Origin: Felis catus
Lineage: Eukaryota
DNA: 64,000 nt
Reading direction: 5' to 3'
Assembly: GCF_018350175.1 (NCBI RefSeq)
Contig: NC_058368.1
Span: forward strand, 38,070,001-38,134,000
The notes under the pieces were generated by a model. It saw only the letters and a program-made list of their open reading frames with translations. It was not told the DNA's origin and did no database searches. The position numbers and the translations under genes were made by a program. How positions within the stretch are numbered: the first letter of the stretch is position 1; each line of letters begins with the position of its first letter. This document shows positions 37,603 to 49,030 of the stretch, piece by piece.

Positions 37603-39364
37603 AATTTATACACACACATATCTATATGCATTACCTTCACAAGCAAATCTAGATTTCACTGCACTAATATGCTTATCCAAATTTATGCACATATTCCATT
37701 CCCAACTTTTGCTGAATATAGAAATCATTGTAATGTATACTTGATTAACATGGACTAAAAAATGGTAATGTTTTCCAATCTAGTTACTTACTGAAATGCT
37801 CAAAATAATAAAGATAGCACCAAGAAAGTATTAGAAAATCTGGGATACGGATGTATAAAAATATAGCGAGATATCACTTCTGGGTCAAAGAGTATGAAGT
37901 AATCAACCTCTCCAAGAACAGGGCAGTCAGAATGTCAAAACTGATTAAAGTTAAAGCTGCCTGAAGAAATGGTTGTTGAAATTGTTCAAGTCAGGGAACA
38001 TGTAGCAAAACAAAAAACTTGTAACTTCTTTTTTCTGTTAAAAGGATTTGTAGAAATAAGCACGCAATTTGGAAAGGCAGACAGCTACAGGAGAGAAATT
38101 TTGATAGAAACCAGGTCGTATTTCTGAAAGCCAAGGAGCAATGATTTATTTGCTTCAAGTACTGTATGTGGGAAGAGCATTTCCAATTATTTGTGGGAAT
38201 AGAGAAATGAAACTAATTGCAAACAATAGTTGTATGCTAGCACGGCTTCAATATATCAGTCACCTGTCGTGTCTGCAAACTTAGTCTTTTGTTTTCAGGC
38301 ACTCTACAAAGCTTTAAAATTATTATCATTGTTTAGTTTTCCATTCTAAATCAAAATTTATTGAACTTACATCTATGATATGGATGCGGTCAAAGAGACT
38401 TGAACCTGTCAAAACTATACATAAGTATTGTTTATATGTGTCTTTGGTTTGCTTTTGGAGAAAAGACATACAATTTTTTTTCAATATTTTCAGAAGGATG
38501 TGTAATATACTTCATCTGAATGAAGAATCAAAGAATTAAATAATTGCCTTGAATGTTTTGATATGGATAAATGACTGGAACTAACGTGTGAAAAAGGGAA
38601 ATAAAAGCCATATTGTATTTCTGAAGGTCTACAGAGAAAAATGAATGTTATTACTGTTGTGTGTAGACAGCCTTGTTTCTGAGGACACTTAGTTTACCAA
38701 CAGTGATGTGGGTATGTGCTGAGAGGATTGGGTCTTTTTTGTCTCTGTGCGAAAGGAATAAATAATCTCCCTTTGTTCCCAGAAGATTAAAACTCACTGG
38801 TATTTGCTTAAACAATTACACTGAGTTAGAACTTTGAACACAAAAAATAAAAATATGCATCTTCAAAAGCTTTCCTATTCAAAAAGGAAGAAGAAAACAG
38901 ATACCTGGTGTTTTACTAATTCCCCTTCTGGGCTCTTAATGTGATTGAAGTATCTACTATTTTATTTACTTTAAGATTATAAAAAAAAGAAAACACATTA
39001 GGAAGCCCATTCAGGAATTTTAAATCTGGTACAAATCAGTCTATATGGTGAGCCTGGAAGAAAGAAGTTATATTACTGAACATGAAGAGGGCAGTGGAAC
39101 AGCCTGGCAGCATCCATGGTGTGTCCCATTCCTCATACTGTATACGTAGAAATAGTAAAAACATCTCTCCAGCTTCATTAGGGACGATGACTAGTTCTTA
39201 TAAAGCAATTGTAGTCCCAAACTATCCTTGGAGATCCATATCTCCTTCTCTGTTGCCTCTTCATGCAGCTGGAAACCATAGGCTGAATTGGAGAAGTCAC
39301 GATGGAAGAAGACTGAACCCTTGCATTATCACTTGGAGAAGAGCTACCCTGGAAAAATTGTGTT

Positions 39365-39570
39365 GGGCACCTGGGTGGCTCAATCGGTTTTGTGACCAAC
39401 TCTTGATTTTGGCTCAGGTCATGATCTCACGATTTCTGAGTTCAAGCCCTGGGTCAGGCTCTGCACTGAGAGCATGGAACCTGCATGGGATTATCTCTCT
39501 CTGTCTCTCTCTGTCCCCCCCCCCCCCACTCGTGCTCGCTCTCTCAAAATAAATAAAAATTAAAAAAAAC
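39365..39570 (+). mobile_element. Can-SINE (host of a nested SINE)
   Basis: gggcacctgggtggctcaatcgg head, (CT)n, A tail. Confidence 0.95.
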
Positions 39571-39572
39571 TT

Positions 39573-39770
39573 GGCATCTGGGTGGCTCAGTCGGTTAAGC
39601 ATCTGACTTGACGTAGGTCATGATTAGCAGTTCTTGTGTTCAAGCCACCCGTTGGGCTCTCTGCTGACAGCTCTTAGCCTAGAGCCTTCTTCAGAATCTG
39701 TGTCTCCCTCTCTCTCCGCCCCTCCCGCACCACACTATGTCTCTCTCTTAAAAAATGAATAAACACTAAA
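39573..39770 (+). mobile_element. Can-SINE inserted in the A tail of the previous SINE
   Basis: ggcatctgggtggctcagtcggttaagc head; TSD aaaaaaactt (39563-39572, 39771-39780). Confidence 0.93.
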
Positions 39771-40164
39771 AAAAAAACTTAAAAAAATACTGTGTATGTT
39801 TTTCTCCCAAGAACCACAGTTACTTGTCTGACTACATAGTGAATAGTTAAATAGAGACCACAGCCCTAAACAAATAAAAGTCACCGAAAGTACTATTTTC
39901 TGTAAAAGGAAGGAATAAGCATGTGAGAATCTGGACAGCAGAGAGCTATTAGGTTACAGCAACAGCTCTCGGCGTTTGCAGTGTGCAGACTGCATTAGAG
40001 TAGGGAACACTTACATACAAGTGTATGTGGAGCATATCAGTGATAAGGCTTCAGCAGGGAGAATTCTTTCCAAAGCCTTTCAGAAACCTCACTTTCAGGG
40101 TCTACTGAAATAAACTACAGGTAGAAAGAAGAGTGTTGCCGATGGCATACATTGACTAATCAGT

Positions 40165-40342
40165 ACTACTCACACTTGCTCAATCAATAAAATCCCCTGG
40201 GGGTACTGGTTAATAATTGAGTTTCCTGAATTCTGCTTCATATCTACTGGATTCGATTCTCCAGAAACCCCAAGAATCCGTATTCGTAACCATAAGCCAT
40301 GCAAGTGATCCTCACGATCAGACAGATTTGATAACATTGGTA
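40165..40342. mobile_element. MER5-like hAT DNA transposon remnant
   Basis: aatcccctgggggtactggttaa...tctactggattcgattctcca...aagaatccgtatt...agtgatcc. Confidence 0.6.
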
Positions 40343-41629
40343 TACACCAACAAGGGTCTAATCTCTGAGAGAATTACATGAGTGGTGACAGGTCAGTCAA
40401 TCCACTAGTCTGCTCCACGAGTCTCGTACATCAGCCCTATCTTGTAATGGTGGTTGTTTCTGTCCCTGCCTTATAGAAATATCTCCACCTGTGTCATTTG
40501 TTAAATCCTTGTCATTTATAAATCTTGCTCTCTACTGATTGAAATTTCAAACTCTGACTCTGAAGAGGTTAAACTTCCTTAACAAACAGGTTGCTTGTGA
40601 CAATGGGCCTATCTTGGGGCACAAAGTGACAGCTGTGAAAAGAATTCACGATTAAGGCTTATACACCTGTAAGTAGCAAATGTATTTGGCCTATTAACTT
40701 TTCATCATGCTGGCAGCAGACGCGGGACCTAGAAAGACAGCCTTTCTCAAATGCCATGCTTTACATCCCTTGTAGAGACTTCTCCTCACTAATTTGGGGC
40801 ACTTAGCTCAAGGGGACACTGGGGGAGGCACAAAAAAGACAGGGAGAGGGAGAAGGACCAAAATACATAAAACCCCCAAACAAACAAACAAACAAACTGT
40901 CAGCCTACAAACTGTTTATTTACTATTCATCTAAATTTAAAATCATCCAGTGTATTCCGACAGGGAATTTTATAAAATTTTAGAATTATGAAATGTATTA
41001 AATATTTATAACAGTATATATGTTTTTCTGTTTTAGATCTCAGAGTGGTGAAAATGCATGCTACTTGTGAAGGTCAAATTTAAAAATCTCAAAAGATGGC
41101 TCTAAACAGTAACGTTAATGCTTCCCTGGTGTTAGTTTTAGTGGGTGAATCACTGCTGACTCTCAAGCAATCCATGGTGTCTCGTGAGGAATAATACGGT
41201 GTAAGCACGCACATAAACGTTGCCCTACAAGTGGGACACTGCCTAATAGAACTTATAATTCTCAGTGTACTTTTCCCTTTGGAGCTTTGATGCATTTTTA
41301 AAATTTGCTGTTAAGAGTGGATTGTAGTTTTTTATACTCTGTCATTATAGCCACAGAAAATGAAACAGTAGGTTTGGCTATGTAACCCCAGGGATTTCAG
41401 GATTCAAAACAAAACAAAACAGAACAAACACCAAAAAAACTGCAAACATGTTTTCTGTTGGGATAATATTTTCATTTTATGTATTGAGCTTTTTAAACAG
41501 TGATAAAAAATGCCATACTAGTTATTGAAGTAAAAAGATCTAGAGGAAAGCTTAAAACATCTGTATTGAAAACTGAGAAATTTGTCTTTTTCCTTCCTTT
41601 ATGAAGGTGAGGTTAGCATTATAAGATGC

Positions 41630-41809
41630 ATAGATCTGTGAATAGAACAGAGAGCTCAGAAATGAACCCACACAGATGGTCAATTAATCTACAATAAAGG
41701 ATGCAACAATATATACAATGGGGAAAAGACAGTCTCTTCAGTGAATGGTGTTGGAAAGACTGGACAGCGACATGCACAAGAATGAACTGGACCACTATCT
41801 TACACCATA
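41630..41809 (+). mobile_element. Older L1, ORF2 segment left of the nested insertion
   Basis: Encodes [17 protein letters not shown] (L1 ORF2p motif [12 protein letters not shown]); collinear continuation at about 44000. Confidence 0.9.
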
Positions 41810-41814
41810 TATAT

Positions 41815-41857
<43 letters not shown>

Positions 41858-41935
41858 ATATTTTTGTACATTGTGTAAGATTTCTTACACCATATATATT
41901 TTTTGTATATATTTATATGTTTATATTTATTTGTT

Positions 41936-42765
41936 TATGGTGTAAGATAATAGTCCAGTTCATTCTTGTGCCTATCGCTGTCCAATCTTTCCAACACCAT
42001 TCACTGAAGAGACTGTCTTTTCCCCATTGTATATATTCTTGCCTCCTTTGTTGTAGATTAATTGACCATCTGTGTGGGTTCATTTCTGGGTTTTCCATTC
42101 TGTTCCATTGATCTACGTGTCTGTGTTTGTGTTTGTGCCAGTCCCATACTGTCTTGATCATTATAGCTTTGTAATATCACTTGAACCCTGGAATTGTGAT
42201 GCTTCCAGCATTGCTTTTCTTTTTCAAGATTGCTTTAGCTATTCGGAGTCTCTTATGGTTCCATACAAATTTTAGGATAGTTTATTTTAGCTCTATGAAA
42301 AAAAATGATGTTATATATGTATATTTAAATGTTTATGTATTTATTTTGAGAGAGAGAGGAGTGGGGAGGGGCAGAGAGAGACAGAGACATAGAATCTGAA
42401 GCAGGCTCCAGGCTCTAAACTGTCAGCACAGAGCCCAATGTGGGGCTCGAACCCACCAACTGTGAGACCATGACCTGAGCCAAAGTTGGACGCTTAACTG
42501 ACTGAGTGACCCAGGTGCTCTGCTGGTGATATTTTGATAGGGATTGCATTAAATGTGTAGATTGCTTTGGGTAGTGTGGACATTTTAATAATATTGGTTC
42601 CTCCAATACGTGAGCATGGAATATCTTTTTCCATTTCTTTGTGTCATCTTCAGTTTCTTTCATCAGTGTTTGTAGTTTTACAAGTACAGATCTTTTGCCT
42701 AGGTTTATTCCTAGATAATTGATGGTTTTTGATGCAATTGTAAATGAGATTGATGCCTTGATTTC
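41936..42765 (-). mobile_element. Inverted 5' segment of a younger carnivore L1
   Basis: Antisense ORF2 (IKTVWDWHK...[21 protein letters not shown]). Confidence 0.92.
42318..42520 (-). mobile_element. Can-SINE inside the inverted L1 segment
   Basis: Antisense SINE ending ctgagtgacccaggtgctc. Confidence 0.93.
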
Positions 42766-43550
42766 TCACACAAAAATAGTTCAAAATTGATTAAAGACCT
42801 AATTGTGAGACAGGAAACCATAAATTCCTGGAGGAGATACACTGTCAGGAACCTCTTTGACATCAGCTGTAGCAACTTCTTATGAGATGTGTCTCCCGAG
42901 GCATGGGAAACAAAAGCAAAAGTAAATTATTGAGGCTTCATCAAGATAAAAATTTCTGCATAGTGAAGAAAACAACAAAACGAAAAGGTAACCTATGGAA
43001 TGGGAGATAATATTTGCAAATGACATATCTGATTGTGGTTAGTATCCAACACACATAAAGAATTTATAAAACTGAACACCCAAAAAACAAATAATCCTGT
43101 TAAAAAAATGAGCAGAAGTCATTTTTTGAATAGACATTTTTCCAAAGAAGATATCCAGATGGCCTACAGACACATGAAAAGATGCTCAAAATCACTTATC
43201 ATCAGGAAAATAGAAATCAGAACTACAATGAGATATCACTTTATACCAGTCACATTACAGCACATGAAACAATAGGTGTTGGCGAGACAGGGGAACCCTC
43301 TTCCACTGTTGGTGGGAATGCAAACTGGTGTAGTCACTCTGGAAAACAATATGGATATTCCTCAAAAAGTTAAAAATAGAACTATCCAATGATCCAGGAA
43401 TTGCCCTGCTAGGTGTTTATCCAAAGGATACAGAAATACTGATTCAAAGGAATACATGCACCCCAATGTTTATAGCAGCATTATCTACAATAGTCACATT
43501 ATGGAATGAGCTCAAATGTTCATCGACTGATGAATGGATAAAGAAGAGGT

Positions 43551-43592
<42 letters not shown>

Positions 43593-43995
43593 AAAAATAT
43601 AATGGAATATTACTTAGCCATCAAAAGAACGGAATCTTGCCATTTGCAGCAACATGCATGGAGCTGCTAGATAGTGATGTGCTAAGTGAAGTAAGTCAGT
43701 CAGAGAAAGGCAAATACCATATAATTTCACTCACATGTGGAATTTAAGAAACAAAACAGATGCACATAGGGAAAAAAAGAGACAAACCATAAAAGATACT
43801 CTTAACTGTAGAGAAGAAACTGGTGGTTACCAGAGGAGGGGTGAGTAGGGGGATGGGGTAAATAGGTGGTGGGAATGAAGGAGGGCACTTGTTGTGATGA
43901 AGACTGGGTGTTGTATGGAAGCGATGAACCGTTAAATTTTACACCTGAAGCTAATGTTGCACTTTATGTTAACTAACTGGATTCTAAATAAAAAC
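42766..43995 (+). mobile_element. Non-inverted 3' segment of the same younger L1 (ORF2 end plus 3' UTR)
   Basis: [30 protein letters not shown], carnivore 3' UTR ending tatgttaactaactggattctaaataaaaa; internal (TG)n at about 43553-43588. Confidence 0.95.
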
Positions 43996-44953
43996 GTGGA
44001 AAAAATGGATTAAACATTTGAATGTAGGAGCTGAAACTTAAAATTCCTAGAAGAAAGCATAAGCAGTAAGCTCTTTGACATTAGTCTTAGCAATGTTTGT
44101 TTGAACAAATTTCCTCAAGCAGGGGTAACAAAAGCTAAATTGAACAAATGGTATAATATCAAACTAAAAAGCTATTGCACAGGCAAAGATGATAACAAAA
44201 CGGCCACCTAGTGAGCAGAGAGAAGATATTTTACAATTATATATCTGATGAGGGGTTAATATCCAGAATATATAAAAATTTTTAAAAATTAATATCAAAA
44301 AAGGCAAACAATTGGATTAAAAAATGGGCAGAAGACCAGAATAAGCATTTTTTTTTCAAAGAAGACAACAGATGGCCAATAGGCACATGAAGAGATGCTC
44401 AACATCACTAATCATCAGGGAAATGCAAATCAAAACCACCAAGATAGCATCTCACACCTATCAAAATGGCTATTACCTAAAACAAAACAAAACCAAAAAT
44501 AACAAGCTTTTGTGAAACTGTGAAGAAATGGGAACCCTCATACACTGTCTTTGGGAATGTAAATCAGTGTAGCCACTATGGAAAACCGTATGGAGTTTCC
44601 TCAAAAAATTAAAAATGAAAAAACCCATTTAATCCAACAATTCCACTTCTGGATATTTATCCAAAGAAAATGAAAGCACCAATTTGAAGAAATATGTGAA
44701 AATATATAGATAAAGAAGATGTGGTATAGATTTACAGTGGAATACTACTCAGCCATAAAAAAGAATGAAATCTTGACATTTGCAACAACATGAGTGGGTC
44801 TAGAGAGCATTATTCTAAATGAAATAAGAGGACAGAGGAGGACAATTGCTGTATCTGTTGGTTACCAGAAAAGGTAGGGATTGAGGGGGGGCAGGCAAAA
44901 GGTGAAGAGGATTAAGAGATACAAACTTCCAGTAATAAAATAAGTCATGGGGT

Positions 44954-45158
44954 GGGGCACCTGGGTGGCTCAGTCGGTTAAGCATCTGACTTAGGCTCAT
45001 GTCATGATCTCATGATTCATGGGTTCAAACCCCACATCAGGCTCTGTGCTGACAGCTCAGAGCCTGCAGCCTGCTTCGATTCTGTGTCTCCCTCTCTCTG
45101 CCCCTCTCTCACTCGTTCTCTCTCTCTCTCTCAATAAATAAACATTAAAAATAAAAAA
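44954..45158 (+). mobile_element. Can-SINE
   Basis: TSD aaaataagtcatgggg. Confidence 0.96.
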
Positions 45159-45296
45159 AAAATAAGTCATGGGGACATAATGTACAGCATAGGGAATATT
45201 GTCGGTAATATTGTAACAACTTTGTATGTTGACAGGTGGTAGGTAACTGGACCTATTGTGGGGATCATATCATAATATATAAAAATATTGAATCAC

Positions 45297-45503
45297 AGGG
45301 CATCTGGGTGCCTCAGTCGGTTGAATGTCCGACTTCAGTTTAGGTCATGATCTCACAGTTTGTGAGTTTGAGCCCCACATTGGGCTCTGTGCTGAACAGC
45401 TCAGAGCCTGGAGCCTGCTTCGCTTTCTGTGTCTCCCTCTCTCTTTGCCCCTCCCTCACTCGCACTCTGTCTCTCAAAAATGAATAAACATTAAAAAACT
45501 ATA
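45297..45503 (+). mobile_element. Can-SINE
   Basis: TSD aaaaatattgaatcac / aaaaatattgagtcac. Confidence 0.96.
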
Positions 45504-46681
45504 AAAAATATTGAGTCACTATGAAGTATACCCAAACTAATAGGTTATTGTACATCAATTATACGTCAATAAAAAGAGGAATGTAAGGTTACAATTTTAT
45601 CCTGACCTTCTAACTTTTATTGTATTCAAAGATTTGAGATGAACATTTAATACTGTGAGGACAAATAGTATTGAGACATTTTCTGTTAGTTATCTGATTC
45701 TCATGTAGCCCATCTTAAGTGTACTGAAGTTCTATTCTACTTATATATGTTAATATTTGTATGTTACGTAGCATATTATAGTTGTAATAGGTATATTATA
45801 ATTACAGTAGAGCAACTATAATTCATGGTCTCTTGAGGTTTATATGAATAAGTCCAATGTTAGGGATTAAATACCATCTTATTTTCTGAGAGCCTTCATT
45901 TACTCCTAAAAGATACACTTTGTGCAGGTGTCCCAAGTTGGGTTTTTCTCCAAACCTTCTCATCTCAGGAGAGAGGTTTGCATATAAGAACAAGACTCTG
46001 AAGAGTCACATCAGCTTTATGAGCTTTTCATTCACCATCACGGTGCTGTTAGCTTTTGTGTGGATGTGACCATGGGAAAACTCCCCTCTTCACAACTATC
46101 TTCACTTACTTGTTTCCCAGCCTCCTGAAATGCTACCATATTTAAATATGTACTATTCAGAGAGATGGGTGCTTTATTTTAAAACATAAAATCCTTTGGC
46201 AGTGTAACAATGTCCCAAATTATTCTTGTCTGTCCAGAGCATTTATTTTATTTCGAGGGTAGGATTCCAGCTCTCCAGGGGAATAATTGTAATTAGTCAT
46301 TTATTCACACTCTCCTAAGAGCTTTTGGATTTTAAAATTATAGCTTTTTGGTTATTGTTTTGATTTATATTGTTTTGTTTCTTTGAGGAGGCATAGCTCA
46401 GCTCTCCGAATCTCTGAAGCATTTGAACAGACCTCTATTGCTATTGTATGATCTCTAGAGGGAAGGAATGTGAAATAATAGGAAAAGACCCATCACATTT
46501 GTGACCTAAAGCCTCGCTTTGAGCCCCAGTGTAGAACTCGTGTTATGGTAAGATGGCCTTAACCATGCAAGACATTGTAGTCCTATCATTCTGGACCTAA
46601 AATATTAATTTTTATTCTGAATGTCTTTTCCTCAGAGATTCCCTCCTACCACCTTCTATATCTGATCAAGATCAAATCCCA

Positions 46682-46898
46682 GGGGCACCTGGGTGGCTCA
46701 GTCAGTTAAGCATCCGACTTCGACTCAGGTCATGATCTCACAGTCTGTGAGTTCGAGCCCCGCGTCAGGCTTTGTGCTGACAGCTCGGAGCCTGGAGCCT
46801 GCTTTGGATTCTGTGTCTCCCTCTCTCTGACCCTCCCCCGTTCATGCTCTGTCTCTCTCTGTCTCAAAAATAAATAAACATTTTTAAAAAGTTAAAAA
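46682..46898 (+). mobile_element. Can-SINE
   Basis: Full SINE; TSD aagatcaaatccca. Confidence 0.97.
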
Positions 46899-47699
46899 AA
46901 GATCAAATCCCACAAAGTCTACCTCTTAAATACTTATAACATGTGCATTATTGTTGTGCCCTTTGACACCATGCTTACCCAAGTCATTACATGCTCTCAT
47001 TAGAATATTCATCAATCTCCTACCTGAAGTCCTATTGCTTCCTCTCTTGTCCCCACTTAATCCATTTTCATGGACTTCTCCTTTTAGCTTCTTATTTGGC
47101 CATCAGCTTTTTTGGTCACCGTGCTCAACCAGACCTCACAAATGCTGTTTTCACTCTGGATTATTCCTCTTTGGTTTACCTTTCACCCAGCCTTCATCAT
47201 GGATACTAGTGCCATGGAAACTTTCTCCAATATGCTCTTCTCATGTACTCTGTACCAGGCAATCCGGCTGTGGTGTATGGCAGTTTTTTCACCAGAACAG
47301 CATAGCAGTACTCAGATTGTTAGTCCTTGCATTTCTGTGTAACGAGTAAGCTCTGTAAACTCATGTCTGTGTAGCTCAAATGTGCATCGTCAGTGCCTGC
47401 TGGGGGCGGGGGGTGGTGGTGACTGGAAAATATACTTCATGGTGGGAAAAAGTGTTGATGAATAGTGAAGAACCCATGGAAAATTAAAAGGATAGAAAAC
47501 TAACGGACAGAAATAGAAACTGCCACATTGCACGAGCTTGAACAGTCCTGCTGGTAAAATTCAACCCCTGTCATATGACCCTGTTGTATTCTTGGCTTTG
47601 ACACATGTCAGGATTCCTCCTTAGCTATATATCAGAAGGGGCACTTGACCTAACGTGAAAAGTTATATTTGACATTAAATTTAATTAGTAACGTTGTGA

Positions 47700-47925
47700 T
47701 TAAGAAGGGGGCCTCTGTAGTCAAACTAGTAGATTCATTACTGAGCTATATGAATTACAGCAGATTATTAAACCTCTGTGTGACACAGTATACTCTTCTA
47801 TAACATGGACATCATAGTAGTTACCAATATATAAAATATTTAGAAGGTTAAGTGAGATGGTATATACATACAAAGTACTTAGGACAGTGCTAGACAAAGA
47901 AACATTGATACGAATTTGTCAACTA
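47700..47925 (+). mobile_element. MIR
   Basis: cagattattaaacctctgtg...aaggttaagtgagat...aaagtacttaggacagtgct. Confidence 0.75.
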
Positions 47926-47989
47926 TGAGAATCTACATGGTGTATTGAATTACACAGACCTTGAAAGGTTAAACTGCATTTAAGTAGTA

Positions 47990-49030
47990 ATAAAGAATAA
48001 ATATTACATATATAAAAGTTAAGACATATAACAATAAATGAAATGCCCATGAATCAACCATCCAACTTATGATCTTGACAAGTACCAATAACTTTTAAGA
48101 ACTGACACTATAATTCCCTGTTTTGTGTTAAACAAAACTGAGGCACAAAGTGATAATTTTTTGTCTCTTTTAATCTGAAACAGTCTATTCCTCATACTAC
48201 TTGTCATTTTTTTCTTTTGTTTTTAGTTTTGCACGTCACAAACATTCTTAAAAAGTTAAAGCCCAGGGGCGCCCGGGTGGCTCAGTTGGTTAAGTGTCTG
48301 ACTTTGGTTCAGGTCATGATCTTGTGGTCTGTGAGTTCGAGCCCCGCATCGGGCTCTGTGCTGACAGCTCAGAGCCTGGAGCCTGTTTCAGATTCTGTGT
48401 CTCCATCTCTCTGACCCTCCCCCGTTCATGCTCGGTCTCTCTCTGTCTCAAAAATAAACATTAAAAAAAAAAAAAAGGTAAAGCCCATTATCTTATGGTA
48501 TATCTCACACTGTGCATTTACCCAGTTGTTTCTTAATAATTAGATTCAGGTTAAAAACATCTGAAAAAATACTTCATTGTTAATGTTTTGTGTATCCCAT
48601 CATATCACTCACCTCATCCTATCACTCATGCACATACTCTCAGTTTACTCTGTTCTTAGTGATGCAAACAGGAAGCCTTTGTTAAAATTACATCTGTCAC
48701 ATTTCTCCATTGTAAAGGCAACTTTCTTCTTTATAATTAAAAAAATGAATCTTCTTGGATGACATTTTGGAAATCAATAACATTTTAATTAACAGTTTTC
48801 TCATCCATTAATGATCTTTGTCTAACTCGAATACCATAATGGGAGTTATAAAATGGTGGTTTTAGAAGTCCTTCATTTTTGCTACATTTATTGCTTGGAA
48901 TTTTTGTGTAAACAATAACTTTCTCATTTTCTCCCTTATCTCTTTCTCTGATTTTCTCTTTGTCACTATGGATGCATAACTTTCCTTCAACTGAAATTTA
49001 TAGAAGAAATAGTATAACCACACTTTTATT
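47990..49030 (-). mobile_element. Old L1M 3'-region remnant, interrupted by a SINE
   Basis: ttagattcaggttaaaaacat, atttctccattgtaaagg, catccattaatgatctttgtctaa, tacatttattgcttggaa. Confidence 0.6.
48266..48471 (+). mobile_element. Can-SINE
   Basis: TSD aaaagttaaagccca / aaaaggtaaagccca. Confidence 0.97.

Larger units (their letters stand above)
43996..45575 (+). mobile_element. Older L1 (L1MA9/L1_Carn-like), continuation to its 3' end, with two SINEs inserted
   Basis: aatggattaaacatttgaatgtag...cacatgaagagatgctcaacatcact...gattaagagatacaaacttccag...tgtacatcaattatacgtcaataaaa. Confidence 0.9.

Noticed and set aside
39082..39552. 156-aa ORF
   Set aside because: Runs through an LTR-like remnant into a SINE; its C-terminus is SINE translation.
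41701..43747. ORFs with L1 ORF2p motifs
   Set aside because: Frameshifted, truncated L1 fragments with no intact ORF2.
46951..47349. Three overlapping plus-strand ORFs
   Set aside because: Pyrimidine-rich, stop-poor sequence with no recognisable protein similarity or splice context.
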